From assembly GCA_024654625.1 (NCBI GenBank), contig JANLHB010000016.1, forward strand, positions 137-64,136: a DNA stretch of 64,000 bases, read 5' to 3'. Source of the stretch: Patescibacteria group bacterium (GTDB lineage Bacteria > Patescibacteriota > Minisyncoccia > GCA-002772825). The position numbers and the translations under genes are program-made. Below the pieces are notes generated by a model. The model was not told the origin of the DNA. It searched no databases and was given only the letters and a program-made list of their open reading frames with translations. Shown here in pieces: positions 39,044-49,887 of this stretch (its first letter is position 1; each line of letters begins with the position of its first letter).

Positions 39044-39394
39044 ATGATGCAAAATTATAAAGAAAGCGTAAAATTTAAAAAAGGAGTAATGAGGAGGATC
39101 TATGCCATCTGGCTTCTTAGAAATACTTTTAATTTAAGAACAGGATTATTATTATTTTTTGCCTGGCAAATGACGCTTTATATATCCTTTGGCGATGTTT
39201 TTGGCAATAGTCCGTCGTTTTTTGATATTCCTTCTATGTATAGTTTTATGCTAAGCGCTTTTTTGCATACAGAGATTATTGTCAAACTGTTCTTCGTACT
39301 TATATCTGTTTTAGCGTTTTTGTTTTTTAAAGATTGGATTAAAGGTGTTTTGAATTTTGTTATCCCCATAAGGATAAGAGGTCGTGTTAATTAA
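39044..39394 (+). CDS. Small membrane protein, putative anti-sigma partner
   Basis: ATG 2 bp after the sigma stop; two hydrophobic segments. Confidence 0.6.
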   Translation: MMQNYKESVKFKKGVMRRIYAIWLLRNTFNLRTGLLLFFAWQMTLYISFGDVFGNSPSFFDIPSMYSFMLSAFLHTEIIVKLFFVLISVLAFLFFKDWIKGVLNFVIPIRIRGRVN

Positions 39395-39413
39395 TAGCTA
39401 ATAGATTTAATTG

Positions 39414-39454
39414 ACGTAAAAGCCGTTCGTTAGATTGACGAACGGCTTTTACGT
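39414..39454. terminator. Bidirectional terminator
   Basis: ACGTAAAAGCCGTTCGT/ACGAACGGCTTTTACGT. Confidence 0.8.
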
Positions 39455-39470
39455 TTGTAAAAATTAAAGA

Positions 39471-40481
39471 TTATTTTTTCAATTCTTCTTTAATTTTTTT
39501 TTCTATTTCGTTTGATATTTTAGGATTTTCTTTAAGGAATAGGCGAGAGGCGTCATATCCTCGCCCGAGTTTCTCTTGTCCGTAACTGTATGAGGACCCG
39601 CTTTTTTCTATAATTCCATGATTTTCGCCGAGTGCCAGTAATTCTCCTTCTCTGGATATCCCCTCCGAGAAGATAAGGTCAAATTCCGCTTTTTTAAAAG
39701 GGGCGGCGACTTTGTTTTTCACAACTTTGGCACGGACGCGATTTCCTATTACATTTTCTCCTTTTTTGATTTGAGCGATACGTCTTACGTCAATTCTTAC
39801 CGAAGAGTAAAATTTAAGAGCCTTGCCTCCAGGCGTTGTCTCCGGATTGCCAAACATCACACCTATTTGCATGCGTATCTGATTTATAAATATTACTGAT
39901 GTTCTGCTTTTTGCGCCTATGGCTGTGAGTTTGCGGAGCGCTTGCGACATCAGTCTGGCTTGTTTCCCAACATGATAAGCCCCCATATCTCCTTCTATTT
40001 CGTCTTTTGGAGTAAGCGCGGCTACTGAATCAATCACGATTAAGTCCAGCTTGCCGGAGCGGACCAGGCTCTCTGTTATTTCAAGCGCTTGTTCGCCGTT
40101 GTCCGGCTGGGAAATTAGAAGATCATTTATTTGGACTCCAAGTTTCTTTGCATATTCCGGGTCCATGGCATGCTCCGCGTCAATGAACGCGCATAGACCG
40201 CCCTTCTTTTGAGCTTGCGCCGCCATAAGAAGGGATAAAGTCGTTTTTCCTGATGATTCAGGGCCGAATATCTCTATAATTCTCCCTAAAGGTATTCCCC
40301 CTACGCCTAGCGCTTCATCTAGTCCGATAGAGCCGGATGATATTACATCAATATCAACCTTAGGTGTTTCTCCTAATTTCATTATAGAACCTTCTCCAAA
40401 TTTTGTTTTTATGAGCTTGAGCGTGTCTTCTATGCTATTATCTTTTTCTTTTGATGTTTTTTCATCTTTCGCTTTCGCCAT
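39471..40481 (-). CDS. recA: Recombinase A
   Basis: [35 protein letters not shown]. Confidence 0.98.
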   Translation of the reverse strand: MAKAKDEKTSKEKDNSIEDTLKLIKTKFGEGSIMKLGETPKVDIDVISSGSIGLDEALGVGGIPLGRIIEIFGPESSGKTTLSLLMAAQAQKKGGLCAFIDAEHAMDPEYAKKLGVQINDLLISQPDNGEQALEITESLVRSGKLDLIVIDSVAALTPKDEIEGDMGAYHVGKQARLMSQALRKLTAIGAKSRTSVIFINQIRMQIGVMFGNPETTPGGKALKFYSSVRIDVRRIAQIKKGENVIGNRVRAKVVKNKVAAPFKKAEFDLIFSEGISREGELLALGENHGIIEKSGSSYSYGQEKLGRGYDASRLFLKENPKISNEIEKKIKEELKK

Positions 40482-40483
40482 AT

Positions 40484-40834
40484 TTATTTATATATTATTT
40501 CTAATGTTTTTTTTGTCTCTCTTTCAAATCTGTCTCTCGCTTTAACTTCTATTATATTATAGCCGAGCGACAAGAGCAATTCTTCGTTGAAAATGCCTTT
40601 TTCATCTGTAAATATCTGTCTATCATTTAAGAATAATTTGGAGATATTTTTTGTTGTCCCCTGCACTTCTATAAATGATTGATTTATAACCTCTCCGTTT
40701 TTCGGCGATGTTATTTCAATTTTTGGTCCTGTTATGAAATCTTTAACCTCATAATAAGAATAGCCGGCGACTATTATGAATAATATAGAGCCGATTATCC
40801 CTTGTGTAATCAGTTTGTCTTTATTCCCCGTCAT
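40484..40834 (-). CDS. Membrane-anchored Ig-like hypothetical protein
   Basis: TM then GPKIEITSP...[11 protein letters not shown]. Confidence 0.65.
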   Translation of the reverse strand: MTGNKDKLITQGIIGSILFIIVAGYSYYEVKDFITGPKIEITSPKNGEVINQSFIEVQGTTKNISKLFLNDRQIFTDEKGIFNEELLLSLGYNIIEVKARDRFERETKKTLEIIYK

Positions 40835-40860
40835 TTTTCTTTTTATTGTTTAAGCTATTG

Positions 40861-43122
40861 TTAGTCATCATTTTTAGGCTCCTCATATATCTCTCTTGGT
40901 TTTGAACCGTCAGCCGGACCTACAACCCCCCGCTCTTCTAATATATCAAGTAATCGCGCCGCTCTGGCATAGCCTACTTTTAATTTTCTCTGCAAATATG
41001 ACGATGAAGCTTTTCCAGCTTCTATTACAATCTCTCTTGCCTCCTCATATAGCTCGTCATCGTCTCCTGTGTTTGTTTCGTCATCAAATTTTTGGTTGAA
41101 AATGGAATTTTGTTCACTCTCGGCTCCGAAAAGGTTTAAAGATTGCGGACCATCAGCCGGCGGGTAATCTTCATACCGGTCTTTGAGGAATTTTACAACT
41201 TTCTTTACTTCGTTTTCTGAGATAAACGGTGATTGTATTCGTCTTGGTTTTGCCATATCGCTTGCCAAGTAGAGCATATCGCCGGATCCTAGGAGTTTTT
41301 CCGCGCCTGACATATCAAGGATTGTTCGGGAGTCAATTTGAGAAGCTACTTGGAGGGCTATACGAGACGGTATATTCGCTTTGATAAGTCCGGTTATAAC
41401 TTCCACAGACGGCCTTTGGGTTGATATTACCAAATGTATGCCTACCGCTCTGGACATTTGAGCGAGCCTTACTATGGCAGACTCAAGTTCTCTTGGATAA
41501 CTTGTCATTATATCGGCAAGCTCATCTACTATCACTACTATATAAGGCAGAGTTTCTGGCTTGTCGCTCGCATTTTCTTCATTCTCGTCAGATTCGGATA
41601 CTCTTTTTTGGTTCTCTTTAACATATGGCGCCAGTATATTTTTATGATAAGACTGGATATCGCGCGTGCTGTATTTTTCTAAGATGTCGTACCTCCTGTC
41701 CATTTCTCTTGCTGCCCATCTTAAGGCTAGAATGGCTTTTTTTGCGTCTGTTACTACGGGTGTAAGAAGATGCGGTATGTTGTTATAGAGTGTTAATTCA
41801 ACCCTCTTTGGGTCTACCATTATAAGTTTAAGATTTTCCGGGGAGTTTCTGTAAAGAAGTGAAGTTATAAGCGCGTGTATCATTACTGATTTTCCCGCTC
41901 CGGTTGCTCCTGCAATAAGTATGTGAGGCATTTTTGCCAAATTTGAGAAAAATGCTTTTCCTGAGACGCCTCTTCCTAGTGCGAAAAGAAGCGGGTAGGG
42001 AGAGTTTTGGTATTCGTCATCTTTCAGAAGTGAAGCTAACCCGACAATAGCTTTGATGGTGTTTGGGATCTCTATGCCGACAAGTGATTTTCCCGGGATC
42101 GGGGCTTCTATGCGGATTGGATACGCGGCCAAAGATAGAGACAGGTCATTTTGAAGAGCGACAATTTTTGAGAGTTTGACTCCTTCTGCCGGCTTAAGTG
42201 TGTATTGGGTTACAGATGGACCTATTGATATTTCGCCCATTTCTGTCTCAATTCCGAAGTTTTGAAGGGTTCTTTTTATGATATTGGAATTCGCTTTTGT
42301 ATCTCCGACCGCCGGTTTACCTTTATCATTTTCAAGAAGCGAGATTGGCGGAGGCGAGAACACTATCCCTGAACGTGAGCCTGATTCTATGATAAGCTCA
42401 GAACCCTCATCTAATGCCCCTTTTTTACTTGTCATTTTATCTTTTACAGCAATGACTGCTCCTTTTAATTTTTCTTCTAATTTAGAGGTTGAACTTCCAA
42501 CTGGACTTAGAGGCTGAATCTCCAAGTTTTTGCCTTCTTCCGGTTCTTCATCTTCTGCTTCATATTCGTCTTCATCGGTTTCTATTTGTGATTTTTCGTA
42601 ATCATTTTTTTTATTAAAAATTGGCCACTTTAAGAAATTTGGCCAGCTGAGTTTGAGTCTCATATTAAACATAACAAGAAGCGAGATTATAAGAATTGCA
42701 AAAAGAATTATGAGGCTCACCCAAAAGTCAAAAAGTTTTATAAGCGGGAAGGAAATTATTTTTCCCACAAAGCCTCCTGATTCTCCGTCTTTGAGGATGA
42801 TGTCTGTAATGCCTAAGCTTGAGATAAAAAAGAATACGCTACTGATAAGTGTTGCAAGCATAAAATTCGGCCTGAATGATGTCAGGAAAGATACTCCTGT
42901 TAAGAAAAAAGAAATAGGCAAAAGGAAAAATCCTCCGCCAAAAAGAAACTCAAAAAATTTGAATACTGACTCGCCGACCATGCCTGCTTTTCCCATTGCT
43001 GACAGCGTAAGAAACAGAGCAAGGACAAATGAGATTATTGCGAGGATGGAATGTTTTGTTTCTTCTTTTATTCCTGAATGCCATTTGTCGGTATTATTAT
43101 TTTTTTTACTCTTTTTTGCCAT
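40861..43122 (-). CDS. ftsK: DNA translocase FtsK/SpoIIIE
   Basis: N-terminal TMs, MPHILIAGATGAGKS, VDELAD, gamma domain LQRKLKVGYARAAR. Confidence 0.96.
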   Translation of the reverse strand: MAKKSKKNNNTDKWHSGIKEETKHSILAIISFVLALFLTLSAMGKAGMVGESVFKFFEFLFGGGFFLLPISFFLTGVSFLTSFRPNFMLATLISSVFFFISSLGITDIILKDGESGGFVGKIISFPLIKLFDFWVSLIILFAILIISLLVMFNMRLKLSWPNFLKWPIFNKKNDYEKSQIETDEDEYEAEDEEPEEGKNLEIQPLSPVGSSTSKLEEKLKGAVIAVKDKMTSKKGALDEGSELIIESGSRSGIVFSPPPISLLENDKGKPAVGDTKANSNIIKRTLQNFGIETEMGEISIGPSVTQYTLKPAEGVKLSKIVALQNDLSLSLAAYPIRIEAPIPGKSLVGIEIPNTIKAIVGLASLLKDDEYQNSPYPLLFALGRGVSGKAFFSNLAKMPHILIAGATGAGKSVMIHALITSLLYRNSPENLKLIMVDPKRVELTLYNNIPHLLTPVVTDAKKAILALRWAAREMDRRYDILEKYSTRDIQSYHKNILAPYVKENQKRVSESDENEENASDKPETLPYIVVIVDELADIMTSYPRELESAIVRLAQMSRAVGIHLVISTQRPSVEVITGLIKANIPSRIALQVASQIDSRTILDMSGAEKLLGSGDMLYLASDMAKPRRIQSPFISENEVKKVVKFLKDRYEDYPPADGPQSLNLFGAESEQNSIFNQKFDDETNTGDDDELYEEAREIVIEAGKASSSYLQRKLKVGYARAARLLDILEERGVVGPADGSKPREIYEEPKNDD
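42482..42525. repeat. Two degenerate GAGGTTGAAC-type palindromic units in the ftsK linker
   Basis: TTAGAGGTTGAACTTCCAA and TTAGAGGCTGAATCTCCAA; encode LEIQPL and GSSTSK. Confidence 0.7.
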
Positions 43123-43169
43123 GGTGACATTATAAAGCGAAAAGCAAAAAGCGTGAAGCGGAAAACTTT

Positions 43170-43217
43170 ACCCCCGTCGCTCGCGCCTGCCTACCGGCAG
43201 GTAGGAGCGACGGGGGT
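43170..43217. repeat. Composite palindrome, inverted near copy of 7425-7470
   Basis: ACCCCCGTCGCTCGCGCCTGCCTACCGGCAGGTAGGAGCGACGGGGGT. Confidence 0.9.
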
Positions 43218-43251
43218 TTACTTTTTTCTGTTTAAGTTTTAAGTTTAAGTT

Positions 43252-44097
43252 ATGGCAAATGAAGAGACTTACAATTATCTGACGGATAGGGTTGGGAAGA
43301 TCACAAGCGCCTTATACAAGGTGACGGATTTTATGTCTGATAAAGAGCCTCTCAAGTGGTCTTTAAGAGGCGCTTCAGTCAACATTTTGATAAATGTTGT
43401 CTCTTTGAAAGATAAAGACTCTCAAGGCAAGATAACTTCTTTTGCAGAGATATTTGAATCTTTAAATAAGGTTATCCATATGCTTGATATCGCAAGTATT
43501 AGCAGTTTTATAGCCGGTTTGAATTTTGAAATTCTAAAGAGAGAATATGAGAAAATAGGAGAGCTTATAGAGACCGATAAGAAAGAAGAAATACTATTTT
43601 CTGATAAGCTGTTTCCTGAGTTGACCGATAGTGTTCATAAGGATAAATATTTTAATAAAGGACAAACAGACATTCATAATGGACAGTATAAAGGACAAGC
43701 ATTGGATAAAGGACAGGGCTTATATAAAGGACATAGCTATAAAGGACAAGGACAAAATATGTCCGTTATGAATAGTTATTATGGTGTAGGGGGTATTCAA
43801 GATAAGCAACGCTTAGGCAGTAAGAATAGTGGCCTTAATCAAAATAAAAATATATCTAATAATAATGAAAATATTATTAATAAAAATCAGTTTATAGACA
43901 GTCAAAAGGACGCTCAATTAAGGGATATCATTGATTTTATTAAGAAGAATGGACATGTAACTATAAAGGACATCTCTTCTAATTTTCCGAAGATGAGCCA
44001 GAAGACGATACAAAGAAGATTGCTTTATGTGGTAGATAATGGACTCTTGGAAAAAGAAGGTGACAAACGCTGGAGAAGGTATTTTGTAAAAAAATAA
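43252..44097 (+). CDS. Hypothetical protein: helical N-domain, KGQ-repeat linker, C-terminal DeoR-like winged helix
   Basis: IIDFIKKNGHVTIKDIS...SQKTIQRRL...GLLEKEGDKRWRRY. Confidence 0.75.
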   Translation: MANEETYNYLTDRVGKITSALYKVTDFMSDKEPLKWSLRGASVNILINVVSLKDKDSQGKITSFAEIFESLNKVIHMLDIASISSFIAGLNFEILKREYEKIGELIETDKKEEILFSDKLFPELTDSVHKDKYFNKGQTDIHNGQYKGQALDKGQGLYKGHSYKGQGQNMSVMNSYYGVGGIQDKQRLGSKNSGLNQNKNISNNNENIINKNQFIDSQKDAQLRDIIDFIKKNGHVTIKDISSNFPKMSQKTIQRRLLYVVDNGLLEKEGDKRWRRYFVKK

Positions 44098-44133
44098 AAT
44101 AGTCAATCCGCCACGGCGGATTGACTATTTTTT
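44097..44133 (+). terminator. Intrinsic terminator with the GTCAATCCGCCACGGCGGATTGAC core
   Basis: Perfect stem plus T tract; core identical to 11747-11770. Confidence 0.8.
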
Positions 44134-44737
44134 TACAGAATCCTCCTTGTTTTGTGGTAACTTGGAGTAGTCTTTACAACATTATAATATATGGTCCTGT
44201 CTACGTTTTTATTGACTTTAAGAGGGGTGAAAATATATACTTTAATATACCTTATATACAGGCTTAGGGTCATTGGCCCGGCTTATTTATTATAAGGGCT
44301 AGAGTTATCCACATTATAATTTTGAAAGAGATACTTGACGATTTATAATGTGTTTAAGTTAGATGATTTGATTTGACTGCGCGCCTTTTTATTGTAGCAT
44401 CGGGTTTAGTAAGTCTGAGTGAAAGAGGGCACATTGAAAACAAAATATTTACGGATGAAAAGATTGAAATTCAGGTCAGTTAAAAAGTTTATTTTATTGT
44501 AATTTCTCCTTGCATCTTTTCGTCTGAAAAGACGACCTGGTGTCGGGGTTAATTAAATTAGTAATTATTAGTTTAGTAGTTGCATAGAATTATTTAGGAA
44601 CTGTCGAACTTAAATTTCTCTATGCTTATGATAATTTTGTGAATGTTTTATTGACTCACGTAAACTCGTTAATCCGTTAATACGGAGCGAAGCGCGACGA
44701 GATAAAGTACAACGAGATTATTAATTAGAAACAATTT

Positions 44738-47700
44738 ATGAGTAGATTTAAGAAATCTAGATTGAGTAAAATAGTTTCTGTAACTTTAGGTCTTACGACT
44801 GCTGTTATGATGTTTGGCGGAGTATTGGTTACTCCAGCAAGCGCGGCAACAGTTGAAGAACTTCAGGCGCAGATCGCAACTCTTCTTGCTCAGATCCAAG
44901 CTTTACAGAGTCAGATGTCTGGCATCTCAGGCGGGTCTGTTGCTACAGGAACAGTTTGCGGATTCACATTCGGTGCGAATTTGAAGCAGGGTGATACAGG
45001 GTCAGATGCTATGAATCTTCAAAAGGTTCTTAACTCAGATCAAGCAACACAAGTTGCTTCAAGTGGAGTTGGCTCAACAGGGAACGAATCATCGTATTTC
45101 GGTTCTTTGACAAAGTCAGCTGTTATCAAATTCCAAAACAAATACGCTTCTGATGTTTTGACCCCAGTTGGTCTTACAACAGGAACAGGTTATGTTGGTC
45201 CTTCCACTAGAGCTAAGTTAAATGCTCTCTTTGGAACATGTGCGCCAACTACACCTCCAACAACAGGCGAAGACACAACACCTCCACCAACTTCAGTTGG
45301 TACAGGACTTACAGTATCTTCTGTCGCTCAACCAACAGCATCACTTGCAGTTGAGAGCGCAGCAAGACTTCCATTCACTAAAGTTGCTTTGACAGCTTCA
45401 GCAGATGGAGACGTTACTGTAAATTCAATCCTTGTTGAAAGAACAGGTTTGGCGCAAGACGCTGTTTTTGCCGGAATCGTCCTTTTGGATGAGAACGGAA
45501 ATCAGATCGGTATCGCTAAGACTTTGAACTCAGTTCACCAGGCAACAGTAGGAGATCCTTTTGTTGTTAAGGCTGGACAGACAAGAACAGTTACAATCGC
45601 TGGAAATATGCTAGCAAGCCTAGACAGCTACGCTGGTCAGGTTGCATTCCTTTCAGTTGTTAAAGTAAATACTTCAGCTAATGTATCAGGAGCGCTTCCT
45701 ATTACAGGCGCTGGACACACAATAAACATTAATCTTGCAATAGGTTCAGCTACTCCTGCAGTAGGAGGACTTGATCCTAATGCAAGCGCAAGCAAGCCAA
45801 TCGGTACAACCGGTTATACTTTCGCTTCAGTTAAGGTTACATCTGGTTCAGCTGAGAAAATTCGTTTGAATTCTATCAGATGGAATCAGTCAGGTTCAGT
45901 CGGTTCTACAGACTTGGAGAATTTGAAGACTTATGTTGACGGTACAGCTTATGACGTAGTCGCAAGCTCAAATGGTCAATATTACACTACAAACTTCGGC
46001 TCAGGAATCGTTATTGATAAAGGTTCTTCAAAAGAAGTCTCTATCAAAGGTGATATCGCAGGTGGTTCAGGAAGAACAATAATATTTGATATCTACAAGA
46101 ATACTGATATCAATGTAACAGGCGAGACATTCGGTTATGGAATCACTCCTTCAGGAGAGACTACAGCTACAGCAGCTGACACTTCATCACAATTCACTAC
46201 AGGAACACCATGGTTTGATGGTTCTAAAGTGACAGTATCAGCTGGAACTCTTAATGTTCAGAAGGCTACTACAGTAGAAGCTCAGAACATTGCAGAGAAC
46301 GTAACTGATCAGCCTCTTGGCGGTTTCTTGGTAGAAGCTAAGGGTGAAGAAATTTCTGCTGCAAGCTTGGTATTCCATTTCACAATTGCTACAACATCAG
46401 GTTCAGCGCAAAGCGTTGCAGACGTCACTAATATTACTTTGGTTGATGAAAACGGCAGCATAGTTGCTGGTCCTGCAGACGGAGCAACAGTGGGACTTTC
46501 AGGCGGTACAGTTACATTCTCTGATACAGTTACATTCCCAATCGGTAAACACCTTTACCAATTGAAAGGTAAGATAGGAACTGATTTCGCTAATAACGAC
46601 ACAATTCAGGCTTCTACTACACCTTCAACAGATTGGACGACTGTTACAGGTCAGGTTACTGGAAACAGTATTACACCTTCACCTACATCAGCAGTTGTAG
46701 CTAATACAATGACTGTTAAGGCGTCATCATTGACAATTTCCGTATCACCGGATCCAGCTGCTCAGACAGTTGTTGCCGGAGGTACATTCACTTTTGCTAA
46801 TTATTACTTTGATACAACTGCTTCAGGTGAAGACATCAAGATGTCAACATTGCCTCTAGCTTACGGTGTGTCAGGTGACGGTTCAGCAACAAACCTTACA
46901 AGCTGTGCTTTGTATGACGGCGCTTCACAGATAACAACAGGTTCAAATGTTGTTAATCCTTCAGCTGCCGGTTCTTCAACATCATTCACTATTGATGGAT
47001 CAGGACTTGTAATTCCTAAAGGAACAGTTAAGACAGTTTCATTGAAATGTGATATAGCTGGAAATGCCACAGGTATGTACCTATGGGGAATTGATTCAGC
47101 AGCCACATTTGCAGGAACAGGCTTAACATCAAATCAGTCAGTTACTCCTACAGCTACAGACGCGAATGGTCAGTTGATAACACTGGCTTCAAGCGGATCA
47201 TTCACAGTAGCCCTTGATACTGGTAAGAGCCCTTCATCTAAAGCTGCGGCTGTAGCCGGTTCAACAGGTAATACTGTAGGTGTATTGAAGTTCCATGCTA
47301 CAAACGAAGCAATTGATATTACTAGAGTTGCTCTACAGATAACATCTGCTTCAACATCTAGAAATGACATTGTAAGAGTTACATTGCATGACTACGATTC
47401 AGGTGCGCAGGTTGGCGAAGCATTCTTCACGACTGCTAACAACGCAACATCAACATTAACAAGCGCTTTCAGAATTCCAAAAGATTCTGATAAGTATATG
47501 ACAGTTAAAGCTGATCTTGCTACAATCGGCACAACAGGTCTTGGTACACAAGGTCACTTGGTAACAGTTGATTATGACGGCACTGATTCAACTGGTACAA
47601 GAGGTACAGGTGTAAATTCAGGCTCTACAATCAACACAGGTTCAACAGCTGACTCAGCTGTAAATGGTTTGAGGATGTTCAAATCTCTACCTACAGTTGC

Positions 47701-48286
47701 TAAGGTATCTGTTCCTACAAATAGCTTAAGCAATGGTACAAAGACACTTCTACGATTCAAGGTTACTGCTGATTCAGCAGGCGATGTTGGATTGTATAAG
47801 TTCACTGTCCAGGTTTCTACAACAACTGCTGTTGTAACAAACTTAAACGCTTATGGTTATACTGACGCCGCATTCTCAAATCCAGTATCAGGTGTTAATG
47901 CCGGAGGTAAGTTGATGAACAGCGATAAAGCTTCATTTGCTAACAACGCAGACATTAATGTCGTTATGGATAATGCAGGTACAGCTACTAACATTCAAAT
48001 TCCAGCAGGTCAGACACGATACTTTGAGGTTACTGCCACTGTTGCAAGTTCAGCAGCTGGAGCATCAGTATCAACACAACTACAAGGTGACGCCGCATAC
48101 CCTCAGCTTCTTAGCTACATGGGTGACGTTACTCTAGTTGACGATGACGCTGGTTCAAATGATGACTTTATCTGGTCACCAAATGCAACTACAACTTCAG
48201 CCAATGCGCATGCAGACTGGATAAACGGTTACAACGTAATCGGTCTTCCAGGAGCAAACTTGACTGCGGAAGTATTGTCACAATAA
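44738..48286 (+). CDS. Large secreted S-layer-like surface protein with N-terminal peptidoglycan-binding-like domain
   Basis: Signal peptide, ELQAQIATLLAQI coil, YFGSLTKSAVIKFQ..GYVGPSTRAKLN, T/S/G/A-rich beta repeats, strong codon bias (ACA/TCA/GTT/GCT). Confidence 0.8.
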   Translation: MSRFKKSRLSKIVSVTLGLTTAVMMFGGVLVTPASAATVEELQAQIATLLAQIQALQSQMSGISGGSVATGTVCGFTFGANLKQGDTGSDAMNLQKVLNSDQATQVASSGVGSTGNESSYFGSLTKSAVIKFQNKYASDVLTPVGLTTGTGYVGPSTRAKLNALFGTCAPTTPPTTGEDTTPPPTSVGTGLTVSSVAQPTASLAVESAARLPFTKVALTASADGDVTVNSILVERTGLAQDAVFAGIVLLDENGNQIGIAKTLNSVHQATVGDPFVVKAGQTRTVTIAGNMLASLDSYAGQVAFLSVVKVNTSANVSGALPITGAGHTININLAIGSATPAVGGLDPNASASKPIGTTGYTFASVKVTSGSAEKIRLNSIRWNQSGSVGSTDLENLKTYVDGTAYDVVASSNGQYYTTNFGSGIVIDKGSSKEVSIKGDIAGGSGRTIIFDIYKNTDINVTGETFGYGITPSGETTATAADTSSQFTTGTPWFDGSKVTVSAGTLNVQKATTVEAQNIAENVTDQPLGGFLVEAKGEEISAASLVFHFTIATTSGSAQSVADVTNITLVDENGSIVAGPADGATVGLSGGTVTFSDTVTFPIGKHLYQLKGKIGTDFANNDTIQASTTPSTDWTTVTGQVTGNSITPSPTSAVVANTMTVKASSLTISVSPDPAAQTVVAGGTFTFANYYFDTTASGEDIKMSTLPLAYGVSGDGSATNLTSCALYDGASQITTGSNVVNPSAAGSSTSFTIDGSGLVIPKGTVKTVSLKCDIAGNATGMYLWGIDSAATFAGTGLTSNQSVTPTATDANGQLITLASSGSFTVALDTGKSPSSKAAAVAGSTGNTVGVLKFHATNEAIDITRVALQITSASTSRNDIVRVTLHDYDSGAQVGEAFFTTANNATSTLTSAFRIPKDSDKYMTVKADLATIGTTGLGTQGHLVTVDYDGTDSTGTRGTGVNSGSTINTGSTADSAVNGLRMFKSLPTVAKVSVPTNSLSNGTKTLLRFKVTADSAGDVGLYKFTVQVSTTTAVVTNLNAYGYTDAAFSNPVSGVNAGGKLMNSDKASFANNADINVVMDNAGTATNIQIPAGQTRYFEVTATVASSAAGASVSTQLQGDAAYPQLLSYMGDVTLVDDDAGSNDDFIWSPNATTTSANAHADWINGYNVIGLPGANLTAEVLSQ

Positions 48287-48325
48287 TCTAACCTCTTGTG
48301 ATCAGCCTTAGGCTGATGGTTAGTC

Positions 48326-48362
48326 AAAAGCCCCCTTTCTCGAAAGAGATCGGGGGCTTTTG
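48326..48362 (+). terminator. Intrinsic terminator of the surface-protein gene
   Basis: AAAAGCCCCC...GGGGGCTTTT. Confidence 0.75.
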
Positions 48363-48547
48363 CTATTTAAATCAAATCCAAGGGGTCCCCTTGGATTTGA
48401 TTGAATTTGATTTTAGAGTGAGATTTTAATTGACGAGTTTGTATTTTATCAGAATTTTGTTAAAATATAGCTACCTATTATTAAATAGTATCCAATCTAA
48501 CGTCCAAGGTGTCACCTTGGACTTGGATTATTAAAAAATAGAATCAT

Positions 48548-49192
48548 ATGAAAAATAAGTATATATTAATAATTACTATTTTGATAATCGTGGCTGGCGC
48601 TGGTTTTTATGCTTGGCGCGATCTAAATAAATTACCACCACCACTAATCCAAGGGGCCCCCTTGGATTCTGAAAATAGTAGCAATTTAGGTCAAATTAGC
48701 GAGAAAATGCCAGATCTAGACAGAGATTTCTATTTTAAAGACAGTCTTCCTTCTGACGTTAAAGAGATTTATATATCAAAGATAAATACTACAATAGATG
48801 AGATTAAAGAAAATGCTGATTTTATTGATAATTGGCTTGTTTTAGGCGTTTATTTAAAGGCCATAGGGGATTATAGCGCCGCAGAAGATATGTGGCAGTA
48901 TGCAGGCGTATTAAGGCCATTAAACTCTACCTCTTTTGCTAACCTAGGTAACTTATATACTTATGAGCTAAAAGATTATCAAAAGGCTGAAGTAAATTTT
49001 AAGAAAGCACTAGCCAATGACCCTTCAAAGATTTATATTTACACTAATTTCTATGAGCTTTATAAATATGGTATGAAAGATGATGCAAAGGCAAAAGCCA
49101 TCTTAGAGGAGGGTATAGCCTCTAATCCGGACACTTCCGATGACCTAAAGTCCCTTTTCTCCATGCCTATCCAAGGGGTCCCCTTGGATTAA
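48548..49192 (+). CDS. Membrane-anchored TPR protein
   Basis: N-terminal TM, NLGNLY...AEVNFKKALANDP; contains two in-frame palindromes (IQGAPLD, IQGVPLD). Confidence 0.8.
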   Translation: MKNKYILIITILIIVAGAGFYAWRDLNKLPPPLIQGAPLDSENSSNLGQISEKMPDLDRDFYFKDSLPSDVKEIYISKINTTIDEIKENADFIDNWLVLGVYLKAIGDYSAAEDMWQYAGVLRPLNSTSFANLGNLYTYELKDYQKAEVNFKKALANDPSKIYIYTNFYELYKYGMKDDAKAKAILEEGIASNPDTSDDLKSLFSMPIQGVPLD

Positions 49193-49221
49193 TTTAGAAT
49201 GAGAGTTATAATTGTTAACAC

Positions 49222-49887
49222 ATGGAACGTAAAATCCAATTTTCTATAGGTGAATTTTATCATATTTATAATAGAGGAAATGATAAAAGAGGTATATTTT
49301 TAAATGGTTCTGACTTTGAAAGATTTATGAAGCTTTTGTTTGTCTGCAATAATAATAAATCTGTTGTATTTAAGATTATCCAAGGGGTCCCCTTGGATAG
49401 GATTGATAGAGGGGAAACATTAGTGGATATTGGGGTTTATTGCTTGATGCCGAATCATTTCCATATACTAGTTAGAGAAAAGACCGAAGGAGGGATAACT
49501 AAGTTTTTGGGTAAGTTATCCACAGGGTATTCTATGTATTTTAATAAAAAGAATGAGAGGACAGGGAAGCTTTTTGAGGGAGTTTTTAAGGCCACCCATG
49601 TGGATAATGATGAATATTTGAAGTATTTATTCGCTTATATCCACTTAAATCCTGTTAAATTGATCGATCCGGAGTGGAAAGAAAAGGGCATTTCTGACAT
49701 AGAGAAGACAAAAGAGTATTTAAATAGCTATAAATATTCAAGTTATCTTGATTATATTGGGCAAAACAGGGAAGAAGCAGTGATCCTGAACAAAAGTGAG
49801 TTTCCGGAGTATTTTGTTGATTTTAAGGAATTCGATGATTTTATAAGTGAATGGTTAAAGTATCAAACTAAAAAGGTGACACTTTAA
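49222..49887 (+). mobile_element. REP-associated tyrosine transposase (RAYT, Y1 HUH family)
   Basis: YHIYNRG, YCLMPNHFH (HUH), RTGKLFEG.F, YIHLNP, YKYSSY; flanked by family A palindromes. Confidence 0.9.

Noticed and set aside
44305-44313. TTATCCACA DnaA box as oriC
   Set aside because: Only one box is in the region, with no cluster and no dnaA/dnaN nearby; another perfect match occurs inside the RAYT ORF
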